A stretch of 32,000 nt of DNA, from assembly GCA_934246625.1 (NCBI GenBank), contig CAKQHZ010000001.1, positions 90,001 through 122,000 on the forward strand, read 5' to 3'. The notes below the pieces were generated by a model. The model saw only the letters and a program-made list of their open reading frames with translations, did no database searches and was not told where the DNA came from. The position numbers were made by a program, and so were the translations under genes. Shown one piece after another: positions 10,172-18,092 of this stretch. The number at the start of each line of letters is the position of its first letter. The stretch's first letter is position 1. The DNA comes from an uncultured Alphaproteobacteria bacterium. Lineage in GTDB: Bacteria; Pseudomonadota; Alphaproteobacteria; Rs-D84; CACZYB01.

Positions 10172-11365
10172 TTACAAATAATCACTTTTCGAACTTATCA
10201 ACATATCGCTGTGAATATAACAACATTCGATTAGTCCAAATCCAAAAAACAATGTTAACATTGCTGTGCCACCATAAGACAAAAGTGGTGATGGAACACC
10301 AACAACTGGTAATAATCCCATAACCATTGCTGTGTTTATAAAGAAATAAACAAAAAAGTTTGCACCCAATCCCAAGGCAAGCAATTTTCCAAATGTATTT
10401 CGGCTTACAAATGCAACCCTATAACATTGCCAAAGTATTGCAATAATAAGTGCAAATAACATAAGACAACCAAACATACCAAATTCTTCTGCAAACATTG
10501 TAAAAATAAAATCCGTTTGTTTTTCAGGCAAAAAGTTCAAATGACTTTGGGTGCCCTGTAAATATCCCTTTCCCCAAAAACCACCTGAACCAAGTGAAAT
10601 TTTGGATTGTGTAATGTGATAACCTGAACCCATAATATCCTTTTCTGGATTCATAAAAATAACAATTCTTTGTTTTTGGTAATCGTGAAGTCCATATTGC
10701 CATATCACAGGAAATGCCACCAATAAAAGCATAAATATTGCACCAAATTTCCACCATTGAACTCCTGCAATAAAAAAGACTATACCTGAAACAAAAACAA
10801 GCATCATTGCAGTTCCCAAATCAGGTTGTAATAATACCAAAAGAACTGGAAGTCCAACTAAACCCAATGGAAATACAAGGTAATAGTTGCTTCGTATTTC
10901 ATTTATACTTAGGGCAGCGAAATATTTTGATAATGCAAGCACCAACGCAATTTTCATAAATTCAGATGGTTGAAAACGTATAAAACCTAAATTAAGCCAA
11001 CGTTGTGCACCCATTCCAACATGACCAACTATATTCACCAAAATCAATGAAACAACGCCTATACCATATATCCAATAAGCATATTTCACCCAAATTTTTA
11101 AATCAAAAACAGAAATAACAAATAAAATAAAAAAGCCAATTATAATTTTTGGAAGTTGTGAAATTGCCCATGGAGTCCATGAACCATAACTTAAAAGACA
11201 GGTTAATTTGTCGGTGCATTCTGCCTTTCCTGCACTATATAAAATAGCAAGCCCAACAGAAGACAAAAGTCCAATTAAAAAAACAAGTTTCCAATTAAGG
11301 CATAGGAATTTTGAAAGTATACTCATACGCCCACTTTTTTTCATACTTAAAGAATAATTTAACAT
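10172..11365 (-). CDS. rodA: Peptidoglycan glycosyltransferase RodA (SEDS family)
   Basis: Polytopic membrane protein. Motifs QPSEFMKIALVL, LQPDLGTA and GSGGFWGKGYLQGTQSHLNFLPEKQTDFIFTMFAEEFG. Lies downstream of mrdA. The true start may be an internal Met. Confidence 0.88.
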   Translation of the reverse strand: MLNYSLSMKKSGRMSILSKFLCLNWKLVFLIGLLSSVGLAILYSAGKAECTDKLTCLLSYGSWTPWAISQLPKIIIGFFILFVISVFDLKIWVKYAYWIYGIGVVSLILVNIVGHVGMGAQRWLNLGFIRFQPSEFMKIALVLALSKYFAALSINEIRSNYYLVFPLGLVGLPVLLVLLQPDLGTAMMLVFVSGIVFFIAGVQWWKFGAIFMLLLVAFPVIWQYGLHDYQKQRIVIFMNPEKDIMGSGYHITQSKISLGSGGFWGKGYLQGTQSHLNFLPEKQTDFIFTMFAEEFGMFGCLMLFALIIAILWQCYRVAFVSRNTFGKLLALGLGANFFVYFFINTAMVMGLLPVVGVPSPLLSYGGTAMLTLFFGFGLIECCYIHSDMLISSKSDYL

Positions 11366-11377
11366 TTTATTTTTCCT

Positions 11378-13204
11378 TTATGAATATAGTTCCAATGTTT
11401 TTATCATTAAATCCCTTGCAATAGGACCAGCGGCACTTGAACCTGACATACCATGTTCTATGACAACAGAAACGGCAAAGCGTGGATTTTTAAATGGGGC
11501 ATATCCAACAAATAACGCATGGTTTCTGTATTTCCATGGTAAATTTTCTTGCTTTATAACACCATGAAGTCGTTCTTCACGAGTAATTCGTTTAACCTGT
11601 GTTGTTCCAGTTTTTCCAGCCATTTGTTTACCATTATAAATAAATGCTGCTGTTTTTCCTGTTCCATTTGGTTTATTGACAACAGAAAACATTCCTCGTT
11701 TTACAAGATTCAAATATCGTGTATCAACATTGATTTGTGGGAAAAATAAATTCTCGTATTCTCCCCTTAAAATTCTTGGTTTCACAGCAAAGCCACCATT
11801 TGCAATACGAGAAGTCATAACGGCAAGTTGTAATGGAGTTACCAAAGTATAGCCTTGACCAATAGAGGCTGTGATAGTATCACCTGTATACCAATTATCA
11901 CTTTTGTAATTGCGTTTCCAACTTACACTTGGAACTTGCCCCTTCTTTTCATTTGCAAGTTCAATACCTGTATAATCACCAAGTCCAAATTTATATGCCA
12001 TTTCTTGGATAGAATCCATATTGATTTTCGTTGCAATATTATAGTAGAAAATATCACAAGAATGTTGCAAAGATTGTTCCAAATCCAACAAACCATGACC
12101 TGAGGTTTTCCAACAATGGTATCGACCATCACCATAATCCATATGACCTGTGCAATTTATTTTTGTGTTAGGAGTAATTTTACCATCTTGAAGTGCTGCC
12201 AATGCAGTAATCATTTTGAATGTGGACCCTGGGGCATATAGTCCTTCGATAGCCTTATTCATAAATGGATGACGAGGATTGGTAATAAGTTTTTTAAAGT
12301 CATCTGCGGAGGCATCTTCTGATAAAAAAATGTTCGGATTATATGTTGGCACAGATATCATCATAAGGATATCTCCGTTGTAAATATCCATAATGATTGC
12401 GCTGGCACTTTCTTCCTTTATTCGTTCAAGGGCATATTCTTGTAATCGTTTATCAATAGTTAAAACTATATTTTGCCCTGGTGTAGCACGTTTTTTCTTA
12501 TCATCAAGAGTTTCAATTACACGGCCTGTGGCATTAACGACTTGCATTGTTTCACCAGCAGAACCGCGAAGTTCCTTATCCATCAACTTTTCAACGCCAG
12601 CCTTTCCCGTTTTAAAATCGGGAAGTTGTAATACAGGGTCAGAATCCTCTTTTAACTCTTGTTCACTTACATCAGAAACATAACCAATTACGTGTGCAGC
12701 AACTTCGTTAAATGGATAAAAACGACGTTTTCCTTCTTCGACATATACACCTGTGAAATCAAGGTTTTTTACTTGCAATTTTGCCATTTCGTCCCAACCA
12801 AGATTATTTTTGATAAAGACTGGGAAAAAAGCCTTTTTCTTTTTTATGTTGTTTAGGACCTTTTCTTTTTCCTTTTCAGATAATGGAATAAGCTCTGAAA
12901 TGCGATTTAAAATTTCTTCCACTGAAAAGCCACGTGCGGTTACTTCCTCTGGTATCATTTGAACGCCATAGCTGTTCTTATTGATTGCCATTTCAACACC
13001 GAATCGGTCCTTTATCAATCCACGAGCAGGAGCAATAAGTTTTATTCGAACACTGTTTTTTTCAGATAGCTTTTTATATTTTGCACCATCGATAATTTGA
13101 AGTTGGTAAAGTCGTCCAGCAAGAATTGAAAATAAAAACAATTCTCCACCTGCGACAAGAAGTGCTCTTCGATTAAAAATTTTGATTAACTCTGCATCTC
13201 TCAT
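11378..13204 (-). CDS. mrdA: Penicillin-binding protein 2 (elongasome transpeptidase)
   Basis: N-terminal anchor. Active-site SxxK APGSTFKMITA, SxD HSCDIFYY, and KTG motif AGKTGTTQV. Sits between mreD and rodA. Confidence 0.9.
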   Translation of the reverse strand: MRDAELIKIFNRRALLVAGGELFLFSILAGRLYQLQIIDGAKYKKLSEKNSVRIKLIAPARGLIKDRFGVEMAINKNSYGVQMIPEEVTARGFSVEEILNRISELIPLSEKEKEKVLNNIKKKKAFFPVFIKNNLGWDEMAKLQVKNLDFTGVYVEEGKRRFYPFNEVAAHVIGYVSDVSEQELKEDSDPVLQLPDFKTGKAGVEKLMDKELRGSAGETMQVVNATGRVIETLDDKKKRATPGQNIVLTIDKRLQEYALERIKEESASAIIMDIYNGDILMMISVPTYNPNIFLSEDASADDFKKLITNPRHPFMNKAIEGLYAPGSTFKMITALAALQDGKITPNTKINCTGHMDYGDGRYHCWKTSGHGLLDLEQSLQHSCDIFYYNIATKINMDSIQEMAYKFGLGDYTGIELANEKKGQVPSVSWKRNYKSDNWYTGDTITASIGQGYTLVTPLQLAVMTSRIANGGFAVKPRILRGEYENLFFPQINVDTRYLNLVKRGMFSVVNKPNGTGKTAAFIYNGKQMAGKTGTTQVKRITREERLHGVIKQENLPWKYRNHALFVGYAPFKNPRFAVSVVIEHGMSGSSAAGPIARDLMIKTLELYS

Positions 13205-13719
13205 TGATACTTACCCACCAATCTTGTATAAAGCCAACCTAATATCCAATAAAATATTGGGTAAAAAAGAATAAGTATTGCCCAACTTAGCAAAATATTA
13301 AAGAAAGCTATATTATAAACAAATAATATTGAAATTATAAAATATTTTATAAGCATTAAAACAAATGAAACAATGCTGAATGCCAAATATGAAAAGACAA
13401 ATGAGGAATCAATGGAAAAAAACTTTTGATAATAAATCATAAAATAAAGACTTAAAAATATAAATATGTTAAGTCCAAATGGTGTGCCATCAAGGAAATC
13501 TTGAACAAAACCAAATAATAATACAGATATAAAATCAAATGATTTGACCTTCATCATACCCCAAAAGAAAATTGGTATTAAAACAAAAAGTGGCTTTGCC
13601 TCGTAAAAACCAAAATTAACAAATGATAAAAGTAATATCAAAAAGCTACTTAAAAATGGAATTTTAGTAGATATAAAAGTCAATAGCCATTTATATTTTT
13701 TTGAATACTTTACCATCAA
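13201..13719 (-). CDS. mreD: Rod shape-determining protein MreD
   Basis: 172-aa very hydrophobic protein between mreC and mrdA. It overlaps the mrdA start by 4 nt. The call rests mainly on position and topology. Confidence 0.7.
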   Translation of the reverse strand: MMVKYSKKYKWLLTFISTKIPFLSSFLILLLSFVNFGFYEAKPLFVLIPIFFWGMMKVKSFDFISVLLFGFVQDFLDGTPFGLNIFIFLSLYFMIYYQKFFSIDSSFVFSYLAFSIVSFVLMLIKYFIISILFVYNIAFFNILLSWAILILFYPIFYWILGWLYTRLVGKYQ

Positions 13720-13723
13720 AATT

Positions 13724-14623
13724 TTAATCCAATATTGGATTTTCCTTTAAAAATTTCTTTATATCTTCGGTATGTGAAGTTTTAATAACCTTTACATAGT
13801 CAATATGTGAATTATCAACATAAGGTTGAAGGACTATACCATCTTCCTCACTGATACTTCCGATAATACCAACTGGAATACCATAAGGAAGATTACCCCC
13901 CATACCAGAAGTTATTACACGATCACCAATTTGCACTGGGTCCTGATTTTCAAAATGTATAAGTTTTGGATACTTTGTATTATCACCATTTAAAAATGCA
14001 CGTGTGCCTGTGCGTTCTATTTGCACAGGAATTTTAAGTGTTGCATCGGTAATTAAAAGCATACGAGAATAATTTCTTCCAACAGAAATAATTTGTCCAA
14101 CCAAACAACCATCAACAAGAACGCCATGATATTTTTCAATACCATCTTTTGAACCAGCATCTAAAATAAAGGAATGTGAAAATGCACCACCAGATGAACC
14201 CAAAACCTTTGTTGAAAGCATATAATTTGTTCCGCCTGAAACAAAATTTGTTATACGTCTTAATTGAATATTTTCGGCTTCTATCTTTTTATAATAATTT
14301 ATTTCTTCGTTAAGATTGGAAATTTCCCTTTTAAGTTCAAGGTTTTGTTTATTAACCTTGCGGAAATTACTTATATCATTTGCAAAGGAACCAACCGCAT
14401 ATATTGGATAAGAAATAAGGGATATAATTGGAGACATAACCTGAACCACAATACCACTTGTTTTATTTATGATAAAGCTGTCTGGTTTTCCAACAAAAAT
14501 AAGTATGAAAGAAAACAAAATAAAGATGATTAAGAAAGACTTTCTTACCATTTGCTTTATTATTTGTATTTTCACATTTTTTGACTGATTTAGCTTATTC
14601 AAAATAGCCCCCATTTTTTTCAA
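13724..14623 (-). CDS. mreC: Rod shape-determining protein MreC
   Basis: N-terminal TM, coiled coil LELKREISNLNEEINYYKKIEAENIQLRR, and C-terminal GDRVITSGMGGNLPYGIPVGIIGSI. Confidence 0.85.
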   Translation of the reverse strand: MKKMGAILNKLNQSKNVKIQIIKQMVRKSFLIIFILFSFILIFVGKPDSFIINKTSGIVVQVMSPIISLISYPIYAVGSFANDISNFRKVNKQNLELKREISNLNEEINYYKKIEAENIQLRRITNFVSGGTNYMLSTKVLGSSGGAFSHSFILDAGSKDGIEKYHGVLVDGCLVGQIISVGRNYSRMLLITDATLKIPVQIERTGTRAFLNGDNTKYPKLIHFENQDPVQIGDRVITSGMGGNLPYGIPVGIIGSISEEDGIVLQPYVDNSHIDYVKVIKTSHTEDIKKFLKENPILD

Positions 14624-14691
14624 TAGTTATTTATAGCACCCATAAAAAAAATAGTCATCATTTTTTTTCAATTTTTTAATAAAAATTATAC

Positions 14692-14720
14692 TTTACAAGT
14701 GGCAAAAAAATTTTTATTAT
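14692..14720 (+). promoter_or_regulatory. Candidate sigma70-type promoter for the Bax-like gene
   Basis: TTTACA (14692-14697), 17-nt spacer, TATTAT (14715-14720). The AT-rich background makes chance matches likely. Confidence 0.35.
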
Positions 14721-14737
14721 TCCTTTAAGCTAAAAAA

Positions 14738-15736
14738 ATGATAAAACAAATACTTACTAATTTTAAAAATTTACCTTTGGCAATCAAAAACAGATTATAT
14801 ATTCTTTTTGATAATATTTTTTATAAACTTAAGGTCCTTTTTAATTTTTATTACAGAAAATTTATAAAACGTGAGTATATTCCTGTATATATAGCAATTT
14901 TAATATTCGTAATTATGTCTGTGATTTCTGGAATTATTGTTGTATATGATACAAATTCTCACATAACTTCTTATCGAAAAATGGAACAACTTTTTTTGGA
15001 AAATGATTATGATTTGGAAAAAATCAGAAACAAGGAAAAAGATGTGCCTCGAATTTTTATAAAAACTCTTCCCTCTGATTTCAATATGATAGAATCACCA
15101 AAGGAAAAGAAAGATTTGTTTATTAAGTTCCTTTTACCTCTTATTTTGAAAAAAAATGAAGAAATTATGAAGGACCGTTTGAAACTTCAGGCAATAGAGG
15201 TAAAAATCGAATCAAAAATTCCTCTTCTTGAGGAGGAAGAAAAGTTCCTTAATTTAATAAAGGATACATATAAAACTGAAACTGGCGATATAAAGGATAT
15301 TTTAGTTAAACTTGATGAAGTATCTGTATCAATGGCTTTGGGGCAAGCAATCCAAGAAACTGGCTGGGGAGAATCTCGCTTCCTTATTCAAGGAAATTCT
15401 ATATTCGCAGAATGGACTTGGGGTGGCGATGGTATGCTTCCACGTGCAAGAAAAGATGGACTTATCCACCGAATTAAAACATTTCCAACACTTTATGATT
15501 CCGTTGACAGCTATGCAAACAACCTTAATAGAACACGATATTATGCAGGGTTCAGAAGAATGCGTGCAACCTTAAGGGCTCAAGACAAACCTTTGTATGG
15601 AAGATGGCTTATGAGTTCTATGGTAAGATATTCAACACAAAAAGATGTTTATATTTTAGAAGTTAAAAAAATTATTCGTGATAACAATTTAGATGATTTT
15701 AACACAGTCAAACTTGAACCTGAAGTTAACACTTAA
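14738..15736 (+). CDS. Bax/FlgJ-related N-acetylglucosaminidase-domain protein, membrane anchored
   Basis: N-terminal TM (IPVYIAILIFVIMSVISGIIVVY). Glucosaminidase-like region MALGQAIQETGWGESRFLIQGNSIFAEWTWG. C-terminal YANNLNRTRYYAGFR, as in the E. coli Bax family. Confidence 0.7.
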   Translation: MIKQILTNFKNLPLAIKNRLYILFDNIFYKLKVLFNFYYRKFIKREYIPVYIAILIFVIMSVISGIIVVYDTNSHITSYRKMEQLFLENDYDLEKIRNKEKDVPRIFIKTLPSDFNMIESPKEKKDLFIKFLLPLILKKNEEIMKDRLKLQAIEVKIESKIPLLEEEEKFLNLIKDTYKTETGDIKDILVKLDEVSVSMALGQAIQETGWGESRFLIQGNSIFAEWTWGGDGMLPRARKDGLIHRIKTFPTLYDSVDSYANNLNRTRYYAGFRRMRATLRAQDKPLYGRWLMSSMVRYSTQKDVYILEVKKIIRDNNLDDFNTVKLEPEVNT

Positions 15737-16133
15737 TCTTTATATATTTAACTGCATTATAACCAAAATATTGATTCACACGGTCAATAATAAGTGGGTA
15801 TTGATATTGTATAACAGATGAAAAAGCCATATTTTTTATTTTAATATACAATGTGCCTTCTGACTTTTTACCAAATGGAAATGAAAGTTTGACTGGCACA
15901 GTTTTAAGGGCAACATCTTTGCCTGCAATAATGCTCCAATTAGTAATAATATCAGAATTTACAAAACCATATTTGGGTGAAAACCTTTTAATGACACTTG
16001 CTAATGTGTTTGCAAAACTGTTGGGGCCATAGGCAAATCGTTCCGAAATTGGAGTTATCGGCTTTTCCAAATAATCTTCGGACATTTCATCAATGCCTTT
16101 GTTTTGTTTTTTCAAAAGTTCTTTTTCATTCAT
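15726..16133 (-). CDS. DUF721 (DciA-like) protein
   Basis: 135 aa. Pattern NWSIIAGKDVALKTVPVKLSF...GTLYIKIKNMAFSSVIQYQYPLIIDRVNQYFGYNAVKYIKI is typical of DUF721. It is divergent from a DsbA-like gene, as is common in alphaproteobacteria. Confidence 0.6.
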   Translation of the reverse strand: MNEKELLKKQNKGIDEMSEDYLEKPITPISERFAYGPNSFANTLASVIKRFSPKYGFVNSDIITNWSIIAGKDVALKTVPVKLSFPFGKKSEGTLYIKIKNMAFSSVIQYQYPLIIDRVNQYFGYNAVKYIKIKC

Positions 16134-16197
16134 ATATATAGTATAATTCTTTTAAACAAAAAAAGCAATTTCTTTACAATAAAAAATGAAAATTTTC

Positions 16198-16226
16198 TTT
16201 ACAAGATAAGAAAAAATCTTTATAAT
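16198..16226 (+). promoter_or_regulatory. Candidate sigma70-type promoter for the DsbA-like gene
   Basis: TTTACA (16198-16203), 17-nt spacer, TATAAT (16221-16226). tttctttacaa occurs twice in the spacer region (16170-16180 and 16195-16205). Confidence 0.5.
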
Positions 16227-16266
16227 ATTTTTTGTTCATAATAACTTAATAAGGAAAGGAAAAAAT

Positions 16267-17109
16267 ATGAATACTTTAATGCTTATTTTATCCCTTATAT
16301 GGGTAATAACTTTTGTAATCTATAACAAATTAGTTGTAAAAGATGGCAAAACATATAAAAACAATGCAACAAAGGTTCTTGCTACTGTAGTTGCTCCTAT
16401 TGTTATTTTATTTTTTGCAATTTATACAACTGCTTCTTGGGTTGTAAGTTTCAAAACAAGAGATGCTATCTTGGCAAATCCAATGGTTTTAGTTGAAGCA
16501 TCTGAAAGACTTCAAGAAATTGAACAAGAAAAAGCTATGGAAGAATCAAGACAAGCTGTTAAAAATATTAAAGAAGAAGATTCTGCACATGCTCCTGTTA
16601 TTGGAAATGCAGATGGTAAAGTTGTAATTTATGAATTCTTTGACTATAACTGTGGATATTGCAAACGTGGTAATCTTGCTTTGACAGATGTTTTATCAAC
16701 AGAAAAAGATGTTAAAGTTGTTCTTAAAAACTTGCCTATCTTCCCTATTTCACAAATTCCTGCAAAAGCTGTAATTGCTGCTAAAGAACAAGGTAAATCT
16801 GCTGAATTACATGCTCTTTTATTTGAAAATCATTTAGTTCCAGAAGCAAATGAAAAGGCAACTGAACAAGATATGAATGATAAAATCAAAGCTATCGTTT
16901 TCGGTTTAGCTGAAAAAGCTGGTATTGATGTTGAAAAATTAAAGAAAGATATGGAAGCTCCTGCTGTTGAAGAAGAACTTTTAAGAACTCGTCAACTTGC
17001 AGAAAAACTTCAAATCCAAGGAACACCTGCTTTCGTTGTTGGTGATCAATTATTCCGTGGATATATTGATGCAAATCAAATGAGAAATGCAATTCAACAA
17101 TCAAGATAA
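16267..17109 (+). CDS. DsbA-family thiol:disulfide oxidoreductase with an N-terminal membrane anchor
   Basis: Two N-terminal hydrophobic segments. Thioredoxin-fold CxxC FFDYNCGYCKR. C-terminal GTPAFVVGDQLFRGY, typical of DsbA/DsbG-like proteins. Confidence 0.8.
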   Translation: MNTLMLILSLIWVITFVIYNKLVVKDGKTYKNNATKVLATVVAPIVILFFAIYTTASWVVSFKTRDAILANPMVLVEASERLQEIEQEKAMEESRQAVKNIKEEDSAHAPVIGNADGKVVIYEFFDYNCGYCKRGNLALTDVLSTEKDVKVVLKNLPIFPISQIPAKAVIAAKEQGKSAELHALLFENHLVPEANEKATEQDMNDKIKAIVFGLAEKAGIDVEKLKKDMEAPAVEEELLRTRQLAEKLQIQGTPAFVVGDQLFRGYIDANQMRNAIQQSR

Positions 17110-17133
17110 TTTAAAAAATTATTCAGATTAAAG

Positions 17134-17159
17134 TCCCTCAGTTTTGAGGGATTTTTTTT
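17134..17159 (+). terminator. Rho-independent terminator after the DsbA-like gene
   Basis: tccctca (17134-17140), loop gttt, tgaggga (17145-17151), then 8 T. Confidence 0.8.
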
Positions 17160-17160
17160 A

Positions 17161-17568
17161 TTTACTTTTTCATTATTTATGTTATATTGATTTTTAGATG
17201 CAATGAATAATTGCATTTAGTATCAGAGATGATACGGGGCCTTAAACAGCTCTTGAAACTGAACGGTGTATTTTTAACAATAGCATCGTTATGTTGCTAT
17301 TTTTTTATGCTTAAAATGTAAAAAAAATAGGAACAACTATTGTCCCAACCTTTGCGGGTTGGGAAGTCGTAGGAATGCAATAGGAGTATAATCTTTATAC
17401 TTTAAATACTACGAGATCATTGTTCAGTTTTGATTGTTTAACTTCCCGACCACTTATCTTTGATACGTGGGATTATTTTTATAAAGGGAGTAAGTTCTTC
17501 GCAATAGCAAGTTTAAAAATGCTACTGCAAGACCTTCAAACCTTTAAATAAAAAAGGGGAAGAAAACC
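17161..17568 (+). other. Unusually long hairpin-rich non-coding region upstream of the Cys-rich genes. Candidate structured leader or small RNA(s).
   Basis: No ORF of 60 aa or more. Contains a promoter-like TTTACT-16-TATATT (17161-17188), palindrome ATGCAAT-5-ATTGCAT (17198-17216), hairpin plus T-run (17279-17307), GC-rich hairpin cccaacc/ggttggg (17344-17363), long-range helix gggaagt/acttccc (17361-17367 with 17441-17447), and a second caatagca hairpin (17501-17528). Confidence 0.35.
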
Positions 17569-17985
17569 ATGAAAAACTTATCTAAAATACTTTGTATTTG
17601 TGCGGGGGCTATCTCGGCAAATCCTATTAACCTTCAGGCTAAAACTTTGCTTGAAACCTTGACTCAATACTGTGTTCCGACGGTTGGCAACTGCGACAAA
17701 AAGGCTACCTACAATACCTCTGGCAACTATTGCGATTGTGCCAACATCAACAAATTCTATAACTCTTCGAATCGTTCTTGCGAGAACTGTATCCTCGGCT
17801 CTTTCGCAACCTCAGACTATAAAACTTGTGAGCCTATTCATTGCCCTGACGGCTATGTTGCGACTTTGATTTCCAAAGGGGCGTGTCCAGATGGCTATAC
17901 TTTGCAACAAATCAATGTGGCTTCGGGTTGTGGCGAGGGTTATGCGTTGAAGAAGTATAATCCGGCGACGAAGAGTTTTAATTAA
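17569..17985 (+). CDS. Secreted cysteine-rich protein with CxxGY repeats (hypothetical)
   Basis: RBS GGGGAAG lies upstream. Sec-type signal peptide (KILCICAGAISA). 10 Cys in the mature part. Repeated CPDGYV / CPDGYT / CGEGYA units. GC-richer codons than neighbouring genes. Confidence 0.7.
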   Translation: MKNLSKILCICAGAISANPINLQAKTLLETLTQYCVPTVGNCDKKATYNTSGNYCDCANINKFYNSSNRSCENCILGSFATSDYKTCEPIHCPDGYVATLISKGACPDGYTLQQINVASGCGEGYALKKYNPATKSFN

Positions 17986-18092
17986 AGATATGGGCGGGAG
18001 TTTTTTATCATAGTCTTGCTTCCGCCCTCCCAGATTGGCACTTTTGAAGAGGGGGAGGTGTCAAGGAAGAAACACCCTCGAAGGAGAAAAAA

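Noticed and set aside
17161-17568. tRNA, tmRNA (including the two-piece alphaproteobacterial form), RNase P, SRP or 6S RNA, or a tRNA-derived att site in the long spacer
   Set aside because: I found no T-loop GGTTCGA-type box with a matching acceptor stem and CCA. There is no tag-peptide reading frame and no conserved RNase P or SRP core motif. I cannot assign it to a known RNA family by eye.
17569-17985. Possible missing pilin. The first Cys-rich protein contains AKTLLETL, which superficially resembles the G/(F,M,L)TLxE prepilin cleavage motif.
   Set aside because: There is no Gly at -1, and the TLLE is not followed by a roughly 20-residue hydrophobic helix. The N-terminus instead looks like an ordinary Sec signal peptide ending AISA.
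17992-18092. GC-rich hairpins between the two Cys-rich genes, as a terminator: gggcgg (17992-17997) with ccgccc (18022-18027), and gaggtgt with acaccctc just before the RBS
   Set aside because: The first stem has a roughly 21-nt loop and no downstream T-run. The second is imperfect. They may be mRNA-stabilising or translational elements, but I cannot call a terminator.
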